From Octopus sinensis (lineage: Eukaryota): a stretch of DNA of 64,000 bases. The position numbers and the translations under genes are program-made. Below, in pieces: positions 54,001 through 62,110 of the stretch. A model generated the notes under the pieces. That model saw only the letters and a program-made list of their open reading frames with translations. It was not told the DNA's origin and searched no databases. The stretch is from positions 165,788,001-165,852,000 of the forward strand of contig NC_042997.1 of NCBI RefSeq assembly GCF_006345805.1. The letters run 5' to 3'. How positions within the stretch are numbered: position 1 is the stretch's first letter; each line of letters starts with the position of its first letter.

Positions 54001-54095
54001 GGCCTTATGGCAAACATGCACCATTTAAACCAACAGAACCTGGTTCAAATATTCGACACATTCGTAAACCAAACCCAGTAATTCTTGATATCTAA
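6503..54095 (+). CDS. CCDC146: Coiled-coil domain-containing protein 146, complete CDS, 976 aa
   Basis: join(6503-6715,7636-7718,12313-12528,13106-13163,17382-17558,19807-19880,23703-23930,24143-24329,25048-25143,29087-29212,31651-31784,33230-33394,41256-41480,42911-42975,43505-43668,45385-45513,49369-49506,50275-50523,53892-54095) = 2931 nt, open throughout, all GT-AG. The C-terminus [45 protein letters not shown] matches the CCDC146 family signature as recalled. Confidence 0.95.
7152..7335. repeat. Compound microsatellite (GTAT)n/(GT)n/(GTTT)n
   Basis: Seen directly; it explains four spurious ORFs in the track. Confidence 0.95.
7636..7718 (+). CDS. CCDC146: CCDC146 coding exon 2
   Basis: TTTTAG|[27 protein letters not shown](Q)|GTAAGT; 83 nt, phase 0 to 2. 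Confidence 0.9.
8065..8542 (+). mobile_element. 5'-truncated CR1/L2-type LINE 3' end (older family)
   Basis: Encodes [41 protein letters not shown]...[10 protein letters not shown] and ends in (ATT)n. Same family as 15590 and 47768. Confidence 0.85.
9526..11298 (-). mobile_element. 5'-truncated RTE LINE: RT C-terminal part, PHD-like finger, modular 3'UTR, (GAT)n tail
   Basis: The minus strand encodes [20 protein letters not shown]...[12 protein letters not shown] (YADD at 11072-11083)...CSIC...[12 protein letters not shown]...CGKC...VDSFCYLGD, with frameshifts. Confidence 0.9.
11657..12212 (-). mobile_element. Internally deleted mariner (Tc1/mariner) transposon
   Basis: TIRs TTGGGTTGTCCGGAAAGTTCGTGCTGATTT and AAATCAGCACGAACTTTCTGGACAACCCAA, with TA on both sides. 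The internal ORF 11772-12017 carries the mariner motif [16 protein letters not shown]. Confidence 0.92.
12313..12528 (+). CDS. CCDC146: CCDC146 coding exon 3
   Basis: CACTAG|...[12 protein letters not shown]...LLHYEFKIE|GTAAAG; 216 nt, phase 2 to 2. Confidence 0.88.
12813..12877. repeat. (TATG)n microsatellite
   Basis: Seen directly. Confidence 0.95.
13106..13163 (+). CDS. CCDC146: CCDC146 coding exon 4
   Basis: ATATAG|[19 protein letters not shown]|GTGAGT; 58 nt, phase 2 to 0. Confidence 0.92.
14080..14508 (+). mobile_element. Internally deleted LTR retrotransposon: 5' LTR, gag start and the last 10 nt of the 3' LTR
   Basis: TGTGG...CCACA termini with the 5-bp TSD GATGT on both sides. The LTR spans 14080-14356. 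ATG at 14397 gives [34 protein letters not shown], which looks like a Ty3/Gypsy gag N-terminus. Confidence 0.8.
14765..15036 (+). mobile_element. RTE 3'UTR-only copy ending in (GAT)n
   Basis: Shares GGAGTGGTTGGCATTAGGAAGGGCATCCAGCTG...CATGGAAAGCGGAC with the tails of the RT-bearing copies. Confidence 0.8.
15590..16540 (+). mobile_element. Decayed CR1/L2-type LINE 3' fragment
   Basis: Encodes [20 protein letters not shown]...[23 protein letters not shown]. Its 3' end is identical in type to the 8065 copy. Confidence 0.85.
17382..17558 (+). CDS. CCDC146: CCDC146 coding exon 5
   Basis: AAACAG|[12 protein letters not shown]...EKLGNIQ|GTTGTT; 177 nt, phase 0 to 0. Confidence 0.9.
17630..18405 (+). 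mobile_element. SINE family A split by two RTE 3' tails inserted in its internal microsatellite
   Basis: SINE head at 17630-17790, RTE tails at about 17803-17975 and 18035-18132, SINE 3' half at about 18180-18405. Confidence 0.8.
18590..18987 (+). mobile_element. RTE 3'UTR-only copy with three repeat modules
   Basis: GGCA(C/T)GTAAAA modules, the shared tail and (GAT)n. Confidence 0.8.
19208..19600 (-). mobile_element. Related RTE-tail-like repeat (second subfamily)
   Basis: Reverse complement of GGAAGGGCATCCAGC...CATGGAAGACAGACGTTAAATGATGATG. Similar copies lie near 13380, 21290, 22690, 37993 and 52970. Confidence 0.65.
19807..19880 (+). CDS. CCDC146: CCDC146 coding exon 6
   Basis: ACACAG|[24 protein letters not shown](Q)|GTAAGT; 74 nt. 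Confidence 0.92.
20518..20584. repeat. (GA)n microsatellite
   Basis: Seen directly. Confidence 0.95.
21701..22070 (-). mobile_element. Mariner 5' fragment (TIR plus decayed transposase HTH)
   Basis: TIR CAAGGTGGTATCAAAAAGTTTCTGG next to TA. The minus strand reads [43 protein letters not shown], the mariner N-terminus with stops. Confidence 0.75.
23297..23601 (-). mobile_element. tRNA-derived SINE family C
   Basis: Head GGAGGCACAATGGCCCAGTAGTTAG...GGTTTCAATTCCC. The body carries GCTGCGATGGACTGGTGTCCCGTCCAGG, similar to the V-SINE domain as recalled. Confidence 0.75.
23703..23930 (+). CDS. CCDC146: CCDC146 coding exon 7
   Basis: CTTTAG|[12 protein letters not shown]...KLAQKCTE|GTGAGT; 228 nt. 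Confidence 0.92.
24143..24329 (+). CDS. CCDC146: CCDC146 coding exon 8
   Basis: TCTTAG|[17 protein letters not shown]...NKISQQ|GTAAAC; 187 nt. Confidence 0.92.
25048..25143 (+). CDS. CCDC146: CCDC146 coding exon 9
   Basis: TTCCAG|[32 protein letters not shown]|GTAACT; 96 nt. Confidence 0.92.
25748..26012. repeat. Degenerate (GAT/GAC/GGC)n trinucleotide array
   Basis: Seen directly. GGAATTGCACCATGAT is duplicated at its start. It explains the poly-D, poly-M and poly-H ORFs. Confidence 0.92.
26200..26470 (-). mobile_element. Decayed RTE-type LINE 3' end
   Basis: ORF 26178-26468 contains [21 protein letters not shown], resembling the C-terminal C2H2-like motif of RTE ORFs. Confidence 0.5.
27056..27176. 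repeat. Perfect 39-bp inverted repeat (MITE-like hairpin)
   Basis: Arms 27056-27094 and 27138-27176 are exact reverse complements around a 43-nt spacer. Confidence 0.9.
27177..27570 (+). mobile_element. Non-autonomous Helitron/Helentron-like element
   Basis: Starts TAGTATAGCCCGGCGTTGCTTGGG and ends CAGACAACTTCAGCTTTATATATAAAGAT, the same terminal architecture as 38996-39467. Confidence 0.65.
27728..28901 (+). mobile_element. 5'-truncated RTE LINE with full modular 3'UTR
   Basis: Encodes [19 protein letters not shown]...[20 protein letters not shown]...GRGRPRKTW with stops, followed by four ~62-bp modules and (GAT)n. Confidence 0.9.
29087..29212 (+). CDS. CCDC146: CCDC146 coding exon 10
   Basis: TTCAAG|[42 protein letters not shown]|GTAACT; 126 nt. 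Confidence 0.88.
29405..29775 (+). mobile_element. RTE 3'UTR copy with expanded (GAT)n then (TAT)n tail
   Basis: Shared tail sequence followed by about 130 nt of trinucleotide repeat. Confidence 0.8.
30285..30500 (-). mobile_element. Decayed Tc1/mariner-like transposase HTH fragment
   Basis: The minus strand reads [12 protein letters not shown]...[21 protein letters not shown], resembling DUF4817-type transposase N-termini as recalled. Confidence 0.4.
30590..30880 (+). mobile_element. RTE (BovB-like) LINE 3' fragment, different subfamily
   Basis: Reads [43 protein letters not shown]. Confidence 0.75.
31079..31312 (+). mobile_element. tRNA-derived SINE family B (CORE-SINE-like)
   Basis: Head AAGGCGGCGAGCTGGCAG...GAGTTCAAATTCC and core GTCGACTTTGCCTTTCATCCTTTCGGGGTCGATAAATTAAGTACCAG. 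Other copies lie near 9375, 14695, 20090, 44475 and 61520-62110. Confidence 0.8.
31651..31784 (+). CDS. CCDC146: CCDC146 coding exon 11
   Basis: TTCTAG|[44 protein letters not shown]|GTACAG; 134 nt. Confidence 0.9.
32226..32640 (+). mobile_element. Full-length, young SINE family A copy
   Basis: GGCGCAGGAGTGGCTGTGTGGTAAG head, CpGs retained, complete tail. Confidence 0.88.
33230..33394 (+). CDS. CCDC146: CCDC146 coding exon 12
   Basis: TTGTAG|[23 protein letters not shown]...[13 protein letters not shown]|GTGAGT; 165 nt. Confidence 0.95.
34088..35964 (-). CDS. LINE ORF2, reverse transcriptase part
   Basis: Motifs [42 protein letters not shown] and RRRGDLI. The frame is open upstream of the tracked start back to about 35964. 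Confidence 0.95.
35965..36975 (-). CDS. LINE ORF2, apurinic endonuclease part
   Basis: Motifs [26 protein letters not shown] and SDH are all present. Confidence 0.93.
36972..37430 (-). CDS. LINE ORF1 C-terminal fragment
   Basis: [15 protein letters not shown]...VARLG...RPRPIRVIF...[20 protein letters not shown] resembles CR1/L2 ORF1 C-termini. Confidence 0.7.
   Translation of the reverse strand, partial: FAHSRSAIIYGKAESTHDTGINRLKDDINFVSILVGELFSVNEKVSVLKVARLGRFQANPTADTRPRPIRVIFSSDREASVFLNRAQTHAWEDPNMGFREEYSLRERIRRRNLISELKMRKQRGEKGLRIQDGQIIKSYLWSHAVVLTGKVM
38445..38884 (+). mobile_element. SINE family A 5' half followed by an RTE 3' tail
   Basis: Degenerate head and body up to (GT)n at about 38620, then the RTE tail at 38660-38884. 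Confidence 0.75.
38996..39467 (+). mobile_element. Non-autonomous Helitron/Helentron-like element
   Basis: Starts ACTAGCAGAATTGCCCGGCGTTGCTCGGG and ends CAGACAGACACACAACCTTTCTTTTATATATAAAGAT. Confidence 0.7.
39466..40155. repeat. Tandem array, 165-166 bp unit, about 4.2 copies
   Basis: The anchor CGTCCTAAAA recurs at 39471, 39637, 39803, 39968 and 40133. Confidence 0.95.
40500..41148 (+). mobile_element. Helitron-like 3' portion with terminal hairpin
   Basis: Hairpin GGCAGAT-AAA-ATCTGCC (41116-41132), then TTTTATAATAAGAGAT. Contains internal duplicated blocks. Confidence 0.55.
41256..41480 (+). CDS. CCDC146: CCDC146 coding exon 13
   Basis: TTGCAG|[13 protein letters not shown]...[17 protein letters not shown]|GTATGT; 225 nt. 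Confidence 0.95.
41620..41720. repeat. Graded trinucleotide array (GTT)n-(GGT)n-(GAT)n-(GAG)n
   Basis: Seen directly. Confidence 0.92.
42911..42975 (+). CDS. CCDC146: CCDC146 coding exon 14
   Basis: TTGTAG|[21 protein letters not shown]|GTAAGT; 65 nt, phase 2 to 1. Confidence 0.92.
43505..43668 (+). CDS. CCDC146: CCDC146 coding exon 15
   Basis: ATTTAG|[15 protein letters not shown]...EKLRNAKFD|GTAAAC; 164 nt, phase 1 to 0. Confidence 0.9.
44660..44998 (-). mobile_element. R4/Dong-like (restriction-like endonuclease) LINE 3' end within (TAA)n
   Basis: [44 protein letters not shown] resembles the R4/Dong C-terminus as recalled. (ATT)n flanks both sides. Confidence 0.7.
45385..45513 (+). CDS. 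CCDC146: CCDC146 coding exon 16
   Basis: TTTTAG|[43 protein letters not shown]|GTATGT; 129 nt. Confidence 0.92.
45777..46140 (-). mobile_element. RTE 3'UTR copy (antisense)
   Basis: Reverse complement of the modular UTR and tail. Confidence 0.85.
47062..47223 (-). mobile_element. SINE family C 5' part
   Basis: Head GGAGGCACATGGTCTAGTGGTTAG...GGGTTCAAATCTC; the body matches 23297-23601. Confidence 0.75.
47242..47313 (-). tRNA. tRNA-Gln(TTG), possibly a pseudogene
   Basis: GGTTCTATGGTGTAATGGTTAGAACTCTGGACTTTGAATCCAGCGATCTGAGTTCAAATCCCAGTAGAACCT (72 nt). Acceptor and anticodon stems are perfect, with one mismatch each in the D and T stems. TTTT follows about 12 nt downstream. Confidence 0.85.
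47768..48222 (+). mobile_element. CR1/L2-type LINE 3' fragment (older family)
   Basis: [25 protein letters not shown]...[11 protein letters not shown], with the same 3'UTR as 8065 and 15590. Confidence 0.85.
49369..49506 (+). CDS. CCDC146: CCDC146 coding exon 17
   Basis: GTCTAG|[22 protein letters not shown]...[10 protein letters not shown]|GTATGT; 138 nt. Confidence 0.95.
50275..50523 (+). CDS. CCDC146: CCDC146 coding exon 18
   Basis: TTTTAG|[24 protein letters not shown]...EQEWLR...LLEQQL|GTGAGT; 249 nt. Confidence 0.95.
51088..51447 (+). mobile_element. SINE with the family C head and a different 3' module
   Basis: Shares the 5' part with 23297-23601 up to CTCTTTCACCACAACTTTCTCTCACT...TTCCTGTTTC, then diverges. 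Confidence 0.7.
51828..52431 (+). mobile_element. 5'-truncated RTE LINE with internally shortened 3'UTR
   Basis: ORF 51844-52305 ([21 protein letters not shown]...[13 protein letters not shown]) is joined almost directly to the terminal tail and (GAT)n. Confidence 0.9.
53892..54095 (+). CDS. CCDC146: CCDC146 last coding exon (19)
   Basis: TTTCAG|[25 protein letters not shown]...[13 protein letters not shown]. Confidence 0.97.
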   Translation: MEEEDTNLRKAGSTFTTAEQRPNAYMPDIGCDLPVPRPYGKHAPFKPTEPGSNIRHIRKPNPVILDI

Positions 54096-54176
54096 ACAAA
54101 CATTTAATTTTGAAATGTCTCTATAGTCACTATATATATTACTTTATCAAATAGTATATATATACACTACATATTG

Positions 54177-54182
54177 AATAAA
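54177..54182 (+). terminator. Candidate polyadenylation signal AATAAA
   Basis: First AATAAA after the CCDC146 stop, 82 nt downstream. Confidence 0.5.
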
Positions 54183-56479
54183 ATCATAGAATTCTATTCT
54201 TGAAATGAACAAGAACAAGAAGGATTATATTATTAAAGCTTTAAAGGTACCTTATTAAATCATTAAATATTAAAAATAGTGAGTGTGTATTATTGCAAAT
54301 TTATTGTAGATGAAAGTAGTTTTGGGACTAATTGATTCTCTCTACATAAACTACAACACACTGGGAGCCACTTTGTGGTGGCTTGCTTTATTAGAAATAA
54401 TAGCCAAATATCTCTCAAATCTCACTCTATGACTATAAAAAGAAAGATGGGAGGGCACATTGAATTTGTTGTCCTAGATACACCATTCCTGTGAACATAC
54501 ATTTTAACAAAGCATGCAAAAGTTGACATAGACATATCAACTGCGTTCCTATGTATATACTTGTTTATGTACACTTTATACATATTTTCTTTTGTGATAT
54601 CGCTCCATCAGTTACTTGGACATGCACATGCATATAAGCAGAATAATTTGTTACCTTTGTTCCTGCACCTGAAGAAATGTAATACTTGCCATGTTATATT
54701 ATCATTTCCAGAAATACAGTTCATAAAGGCTGAAATCAGTTAAAATCAAATGAAGAAAAATAAAATAAGACAAAACTATAAAGTGCAGGGGAAAGAAAAT
54801 ATAGGGCTAGAGGATGTTTTGAGGGTTATATGAAATTGTCTTATGGAATAGGTCAGGCATGCTTCAGGAAAAGCTGTAGAAATAAGGCAAAATATTTCAA
54901 AGAGGTTTGCATCAGGGTTTATCAATTACTCAGTGTTAGAGACTTTGCCTCACAGGTAGACCTAAAAATAATGCATGGGTAGAAAGTTATAAGGACTTAA
55001 CTTATCGCCATTATAGTATGGATGATGGGTATACTCCCGAAGGATCTAGACGTATTCAGTCTTTTCCAGCAAAGTCAATGTTCAAATGTAGGACTCCTAG
55101 AACAGTTATTTAACTACATGTCACTTGGGCAATAGGTTAATGATCCTAAGATAACTCTGGAATGTTCTGAAGTAATAAAGATGAGTTTGCATATAGCATC
55201 ATAGTTTATACCTCTTTGGAGTTAGAAAACATGGATAGTGAGGTGACACTGAAGTTGGCTTGAACTATTGGAACTCTCTGAAGATGCCTCTTTATTCCTC
55301 TAAGGAATTCTTAAGCCCTAGTGTCAGATCCAATTGGTTTACAAAAAGATAGGTATATATAGCAGTGTTGTTACACCAATGTAGGTCTATCCCCATGTTG
55401 TACTTCTTAGTATATTATTTAACATCCACCAACTTATAAAATTCTCAAGAATGCCTTCTGTATATAAAAACAAGTAGTGGAGGGAATTCTAATAAACTAA
55501 ATATAGTAAGCCTAGAAAATTTTTATTAATTAAAATTGCACTTGCACTAGTTGGGTAAAAAAAGAAAAAGAAAGTCATTATCTTAATTCACTCTAGTCAT
55601 AAAATATAAGGGAGACAAGTCCTGAAATTAAATTAGATATAGAATGCAGTGCAGTAAAGATTTAAGATATGCTTTGATGTTATTAGATATCATCTGTGAG
55701 GCATTAACTATTATTGCAGGTCTTAGTTTGATTTGAAAGGTGACTTGCCAAGTGTGGCAATTTTTTATTTTTATCAAAATTAAGTCAAGTTGACACTGTT
55801 TGGCAGATTGGTGAAAGCTTCATGAAATTAGGTAATTTTCTCTAACTTACATGGCTAAAAAAACAATTTTCAAATATATTGCTTTGTTTACATGAAATTT
55901 AACCTGATGATGATGCTTTCTAATGGTGAATTTTTATGACCACATAGAGTAGGCTCAAGATAATTTCAGACAATGTTGTTCTATTGATATGATTTCATTG
56001 AGGCTCTTAAGTCAGCAATATTAGCTCAGTACTAGATGTACTCATGACCCATTGGGTCACAACCACTCCAAGTTGAAAATGTCAATGTGTGGCAGCAAAG
56101 GAAAAGACACTATTTTGAACTTCATGCAATAAAATTCTTAAATAATAGAGATCTCCTGGCTTTAGTGTGACAAAATAAACACAACCAAGTGTTTCTTCTT
56201 TGAAAATGTTCAAATGGCCTTCAACTTTTTTCCTCACTTTCTTCTTTGCCATTCTCTGTTACTACTGTTCCAAGTGAAATACATGGGTATTTCAGCATAA
56301 AGTAATGTTTTTGCAAAGCCATCATTGATGTACAATGAAAAGAATTCTGTACACTATGCACCTGTTCAGACAATATCACTTTAGTAGAGGAAGTGAGCTA
56401 ATGTACAGCACATACATTTGATCATTATAAACAAATCATTGTGCAAGATGTTCAACAAGAAATTGCTGAATAGTCTTTT

Positions 56480-56940
56480 TTGGACTATGACAGACTACCG
56501 CCATAAAGATTTTTAAAAATCATTACTAACTAAGAGAAAATTATCTGTCTTGCACATAATTCCAGCATGCTATACTATCGTCCTTGCTAACTCAGCAAGT
56601 AAACATGACAACAGCACCAGACACATTTCACTGCTGAAAAACATTCCAAGATCTTGCAGGCGTGAAGTGTATTCGATCTACTATAGCCAAATTTAAATTA
56701 ACAGTGCAACAGAACTTTTCTCACGGTGGAACGATGGTTTTTCTCTGACAGCAGTTTTACATTTGCCAGATTGCCTTTAGTTAAGCCAAAATGATGTCTT
56801 CACCACTTGATCCTTATAACCTCTTCTACTTTGCCAAAAGCTAGAATAGTGAGATATCACAGTACCACCAATGAAGCCCATTGTTCTCAACGATATGTCT
56901 ATCCTTCTGGATAGTTATAAAAGCAAGAACCTCCAAGCAA
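56480..56940 (-). mobile_element. Heavily decayed RT-containing LINE remnant
   Basis: The minus strand gives TIQKD...YCDISLF*LLAK and VDRIHFTPAR, echoing the YRGISLL and DQIFTLR motifs. Many stops. Confidence 0.35.
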
Positions 56941-57439
56941 AAACCAAGTAGTCACTTGGTGACAATTGAGCGAAGCGGCTCGTGACAACTCAGTTAGGGA
57001 ATGGACTGCTAGAATCATGATCACAAGGAAGGCAGCTACTAAAGGCAATGGTCAGCGAGAGAAATGAAATTTAGTCAGCAACTGTGAGACAACATCCCAC
57101 AACCATACAACTTTCACTAGCCCTAATTCTGTTCTCTTACAACATCATTCTATCACTATCTGTAGATTGCAACTAACACCGTGTACACAAAACTATACAA
57201 AAATATTCTACCACAACTAACTTTCTTTTGCATGCTCTCAGATGTCATAACCTGCCCGTCGAGGTGAGGTATTTTTCAATGTAACGGTAAATAAATACTT
57301 TTTTAAAACTTCATGCATTGTTCACCTTTCACATCCTTCAACATGCCGTTATAACAAACAATTTTTATCGTTACAACTGCTGACTCCAATATTTCATATT
57401 ATTGTTTACTAATTAATATCACCCGTTACATTTATATAT

Positions 57440-57730
57440 TATAGCCTCAGGCCGACAAAAAGTCTTGTGAGTGGATTTCGTACACGGAAACTGAAAGAAG
57501 ACTGTTGTATATATATATGTGTATATTTGTGTGTGTGTGTGTGTGTATCCCCACCATTGCTTGACAACCAATGTTGTTATGTTTACGTTCGCATAAGTTA
57601 GCGGTTCAGCAAATTACACTGATAGAATAAGTACTAAATTTACAAAGAATAAATCCTGTGGTCGATTTGTTCGACCAACGATGGTGCTCCAGCATGGCCA
57701 CAGTCACATGACTGAAACCAGTAAAACAAA
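57440..57730 (+). mobile_element. SINE family A, headless copy
   Basis: Body and tail match 32226-32640. Confidence 0.8.
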
Positions 57731-57938
57731 AAAAAAAAAAACTATGCCATTTTAATCCCGAGCAAGGCCAGGTGTCTCTGCCAGTACTTAATAAAATGAA
57801 CATGTATCATCTTGCTCTTTCTTTCGTCTCTAAAATTTGTTATGTTAATGTATTTCAGTATTATGTATACCTGTAATGCAGGTATACATAATGTGAAAAA
57901 AATCAACATAGAACAAGTGAACCACGACGCAGCGTGCA

Positions 57939-58081
57939 GTTGTCATGGTAACAAGTTGCTAATGTCACGCTGTCTGTTGATTGGCCCAAATTATCCATAT
58001 TTCCCAACTTAAATTCCAAATAACATCAGATTCTTTAATTTACGAGATAAAGTAATTCGTTGATTGTAATCAAAGGTAAGA
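57939..58081 (+). promoter_or_regulatory. X-box, inverted CCAAT and splice donor: probable promoter and non-coding first exon of a downstream gene
   Basis: GTTGTCATGGTAAC (57939-57952), ATTGG (57980-57984) and AAAG|GTAAGA (donor at 58076), in a unique, locally CpG-containing stretch. Confidence 0.5.
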
Positions 58082-58156
58082 GTTGTATCGATACACCAAA
58101 ATTGAAAGCAATTTGAGCAAAATTAAAAGGCTGCTCATTTTGCGTATGAAAGACCT

Positions 58157-58575
58157 TAGACGCAGGAGTGGCTGTTTGGTAAGTAGCTTGCTAACCAACC
58201 ACATGGTTCCGGGTTCAGTCCCACTGCGTGGCATCTTGGGCACGTGTCTTCTGCTATAGCCCCGGGCCGACCAATGCCTCGTGAGTGGATTTGGTAGACG
58301 GAAACTGAAAGAAGCCTGTCGTATATATGTACATATATATATGTGTGTGTGTGTTTGTGTGTCTGTGTTTGTTCCCCTAGCATTGCTTGACAACCGATGC
58401 TGGTGTGTTTACGTCCCCGTCACTTAGCGGTTCGGCAAAAGAGACCGATAGAATAAGTACTGGGCTTACAAAGAATAAGTCCCGGGGTCGAGTTGCTCGA
58501 CTAAAGGCGGTGCTCCAGCATGGCCGCAGTCAAATGACTGAAACAAGTAAAAAGAGTAAAAAAAAAAAAAAAAAG
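58157..58575 (+). mobile_element. Full-length, young SINE family A copy
   Basis: Near-identical to 32226-32640, with an A-rich end. Confidence 0.88.
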
Positions 58576-59817
58576 TAGATCCAAGCTGGCTCCCAAACCA
58601 ACAAATACGAAAATATTAGAAAATATTTATGCCAAGACAAAATAAAGGTTCATCTTTAAAATTCTTTTCTTCACTCATGGTTTTGGACAAATTTTACAAG
58701 TTTGAAAATCCTCTTACTTTTATTAAAAATGGCAATTTGTCTGACATTTCGTCGTTCACCAAAAGAGGACTGCCCTTCTATGAGGATTTCCACATTAGCA
58801 TATATATTAAACTTTCACTTTTACACCACCTCACCATTTTCCTGTTTTGTAGCTGTTTTTTTTTTCTTCTTTTAAATCATAAACTCCATTGTTGAAAACA
58901 TAAAATAAGAAAAATGAAAAGAAAAAAATTACTAAATAAAATATGAGTGGAGTGACAACATATCCACCATGCCATGCATGGCACTATGTATATTGGAGGT
59001 GGGGCAATATAAGGTGTTTTTACTGCATATTTTGACAAAATATATTTTTTACAAATGCTCACTACCTTACAAAAAACTTTATCAGCTAAGCAAATGGTCT
59101 TCTCTAAATGTATTAAAAGCATTGTAACATAATCTGATCCCTATTTCAGAAACTTATCTCTGCTCTCTTTGAGCATATAAAAGACAAATTTGGCTGGGGC
59201 AAAATGAGTAAGCCAAGATAAGGTAAATTTGCCACTTCAGTTTTCCAGAAAACAGACTCATGCATATCAATATCCATTCCTAGACATCAGAAAGATCAGA
59301 AATGCAAAAAAAAAAAAAAACTTTTTTTTCAAATATCTCAGTCAAAAAAAAGAGGGTCAGGGGAAAATAGCACATGATGTGAAATTAAAGAAAATCGACT
59401 AGATTTTTAAAAAATCATAACATCTTCACGATCTTCTGGCGTGTCCTCTTTGTAATATATTTACTCACCATGTAGTTAAAGAGAATAAATTATAGAAATT
59501 AAACATTACTCATTTTACCCCATTTTAGTAATCATTTATTTGAAAATTACTGTGGGGAAAAGAGTGTCTTGGAATCCGACAGACAAAAGAATATTGATTA
59601 TTAAACACAAAAAAATTATTCAAATATTTTCTTAGCAACCTCAATTACAATCAAGTCAAAGTTGAGGAAAAATTTCTTGAAAAAAAAACAAAAAAAGGAC
59701 CGGCTACCTTACCATCTTGGACTCTTTCAACTTCAACAACTATGCCAACTAATGTTTACACCTAAAAATGATGCAACAGTACAAAATAATAATGCAATAT
59801 TTGCAATGTAATTATTT

Positions 59818-60237
59818 CAAGACCCGTTGAGGCAAGTGAGGATCAGAATCGAAATCGATCAATGGAAATTGCAGATGTGTTACCAGTGCCTGTGGCATGT
59901 AAGAGAACCTTCCGTTTCGCGACCGTTGCCAGCACCGCCCCGTTTCGTGTCCGTTGCCAGCCTCGCCTGGCCCTCGTGCCGGTGGCACATAAAAAGCACC
60001 ATCCGTTCATGGCCGTTTGCCAGCTCTGTCTGGCACCTGTGCGGGTGGCACGTAAAAAGCACCCACTACACTCTCGGAGTGGTTGGCGTTAGGAAGGGCA
60101 TCCAGCTGTAGAAACACTGCCAGATTTGACTGGGCCTGATGAAGCCTTCTGGCTTCACAGACCCCAGTAGAACCGTCCAACCCATGCTAGCATAGAAAAC
60201 GGACGCTAAACGATGATGATGATGATGATGATGATGA
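59818..60237 (+). mobile_element. Young RTE 3'UTR copy
   Basis: CpG-rich modules, the shared tail and (GAT)n. Confidence 0.85.
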
Positions 60238-61519
60238 GGTAGGGAGAAAATAACAAATCAGAAGTTACTCATTTTGCCTGGTTACTAATTTTATCCCATC
60301 CCCTATATGTAAAATGGTAAAATCATGTCCTCTAAAAAAAAATAAATTGCTTTTTTCTTTCATGAAATATTCTACAAACACTTTCAGATAATATAGATAA
60401 CGATCATGTCAGAATTTGATATCAAAAAAAAAAAAAAAAAGGAAGAAAGAAAAAAATGTGGGTGCCTAAGTATGTTGAGATGGTATTACCTACACAAGTG
60501 CACCCCACGACTTTGTTTCCTCATAACTTACTGAAAAACATATTTTTAAATGAAATTACAGAAAAACATACTTTTTAATAAAATTTCCATAATTTGATAG
60601 AAAGAAAGAAATTGGTGGGTTCGAACACACACATATCGACAATTCTTTTCAGAATTTCATGTTTCATTTTGTAGATATATGTAATGTGTCCGTATTATGC
60701 GCACTCATTAATTTAATTTAATTAATTGATTTGTTTTTCACTTTAAATTGCGATATAATCGGTATCTGCACACTCTAAAAGATATTACAAGAAAATTTTA
60801 TTGTAAAAAAAAAAATCCACATTTTTCTGAAAGTTATGAAGAAATAAAGTTTGGAGCCGGGGCTCACTTGTGTAGGTATACTATTAGAGATCGTCCATCA
60901 GAAACTTTCAAATCCAAAGGTCGAATGCTTTCTAATTGCAACACAGAGGCATCCTTAGTGATCTGTAAATTAACCAATGAAATGTTAAAGGCGTAACTAC
61001 ATTGTCACTCTACTTCAAGGGAGGTCACTACCACAACATTTTCTGTTAACATGGCTAGCCTTAAAGTCTACTACGATCTTCTCTCTCAACCTTCCAGAGC
61101 TATTTACATATTTTTGAAAATTAATAACATACCTTTTATAGACAAGCCAGTTGCTTTGCGTAAAGGTCAGTGAAATCTATTATTATTTTTGTTATTATTT
61201 AGACTCAGCGCGGCTTTTTGATTAAATTAAAGGTGTGCAACTATCCAGCCTTTTTATTCTGTTATGAATCCTGCATATCAAGCGATTTTAGGGTTATTTG
61301 GCTGTTATTTCTAGCAGGTTGAGCAATGGTGTTTGCTCGATCTGCAGTTATTATTAAGCATTAGGTTAGTATTGTTCAATTTTGTTAATATTTCCTACAG
61401 AATCGTGTGCTGGACAAACTGTTTTTCCTTCTACTCCGATTTTACATTACGCCCAGGTTGCACTCATCTTCGCATGCTTCCCTAAAATTATTGGCCTTGT
61501 TTTTAAATTAGAAACAGTT

Positions 61520-62110
61520 ATTATTATTCCGTCGAGCTCGAGTTTGCCTTCCATCCTTTGGGGTCGATAAAATAAGTGCCAGTTGAATTATTATCTAAAA
61601 TTATTTCGGTAGTTTATTTGATTTTCTGTGTATATCATGTAGTAGACTTGCTCCCCACTCCCACAAATTTCAAGCCTTGAGCCTGTGATAGAAAAGATTA
61701 TTTTTATTATTAAGGCGGTGAGCTAGCAGAAACGTAAGTACGTCGAGGAAAATGCTTAGCAACATTTCGTTCGTTCTTACGTTCTGGGTTCAAATTCCAC
61801 CGAGGTCCACTTTGCCTGTCATCCTTCTGGGTTCGATAAAATAAGTACCAGTTAAACACTGTGGGCGATGTAACCGACTTACCCTCCTCCCCCAAAATTG
61901 CTGGCCTTGTGCCAAAATGTGAAAACATTATCAAGGCAGCGAGCTGGTGGAACCGTTAGCACGTCGGATGCATTTTTTCCAGCTTTTTATGTTCTGAGTT
62001 CAAATTCCGTGAAGGTCGACTTGGCCGTTAACCCTTTCAGAGTCGATGAAATAAGTACCAGTTGACCGCTGTGGTCGATGTAATCGACTTAACCATCTCT
62101 ATAAATTATT
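61520..62110 (+). mobile_element. Three tandem SINE family B copies
   Basis: The core ...CATCCTTT(C/T)GGGGTCGATAAAATAAGTACCAG occurs three times; heads at about 61710 and 61932. Confidence 0.8.

Noticed and set aside
59956-60020. HDV-like ribozyme in the RTE UTR module (CAGCC-TCGCCT-GGC...GTGCC-GG)
   Set aside because: It resembles the HDV P3/L3 region, but the loop is too short, extra bases precede P1, and there is no P4 or catalytic J4/2. Known RTE ribozymes are at the 5' end. A covariance-model search would settle it.
58580-61100. Possible large DNA-transposon remnant and the 82-aa ORF at 60748-60996
   Set aside because: I could not identify matching TIRs, a TSD or a transposase motif.
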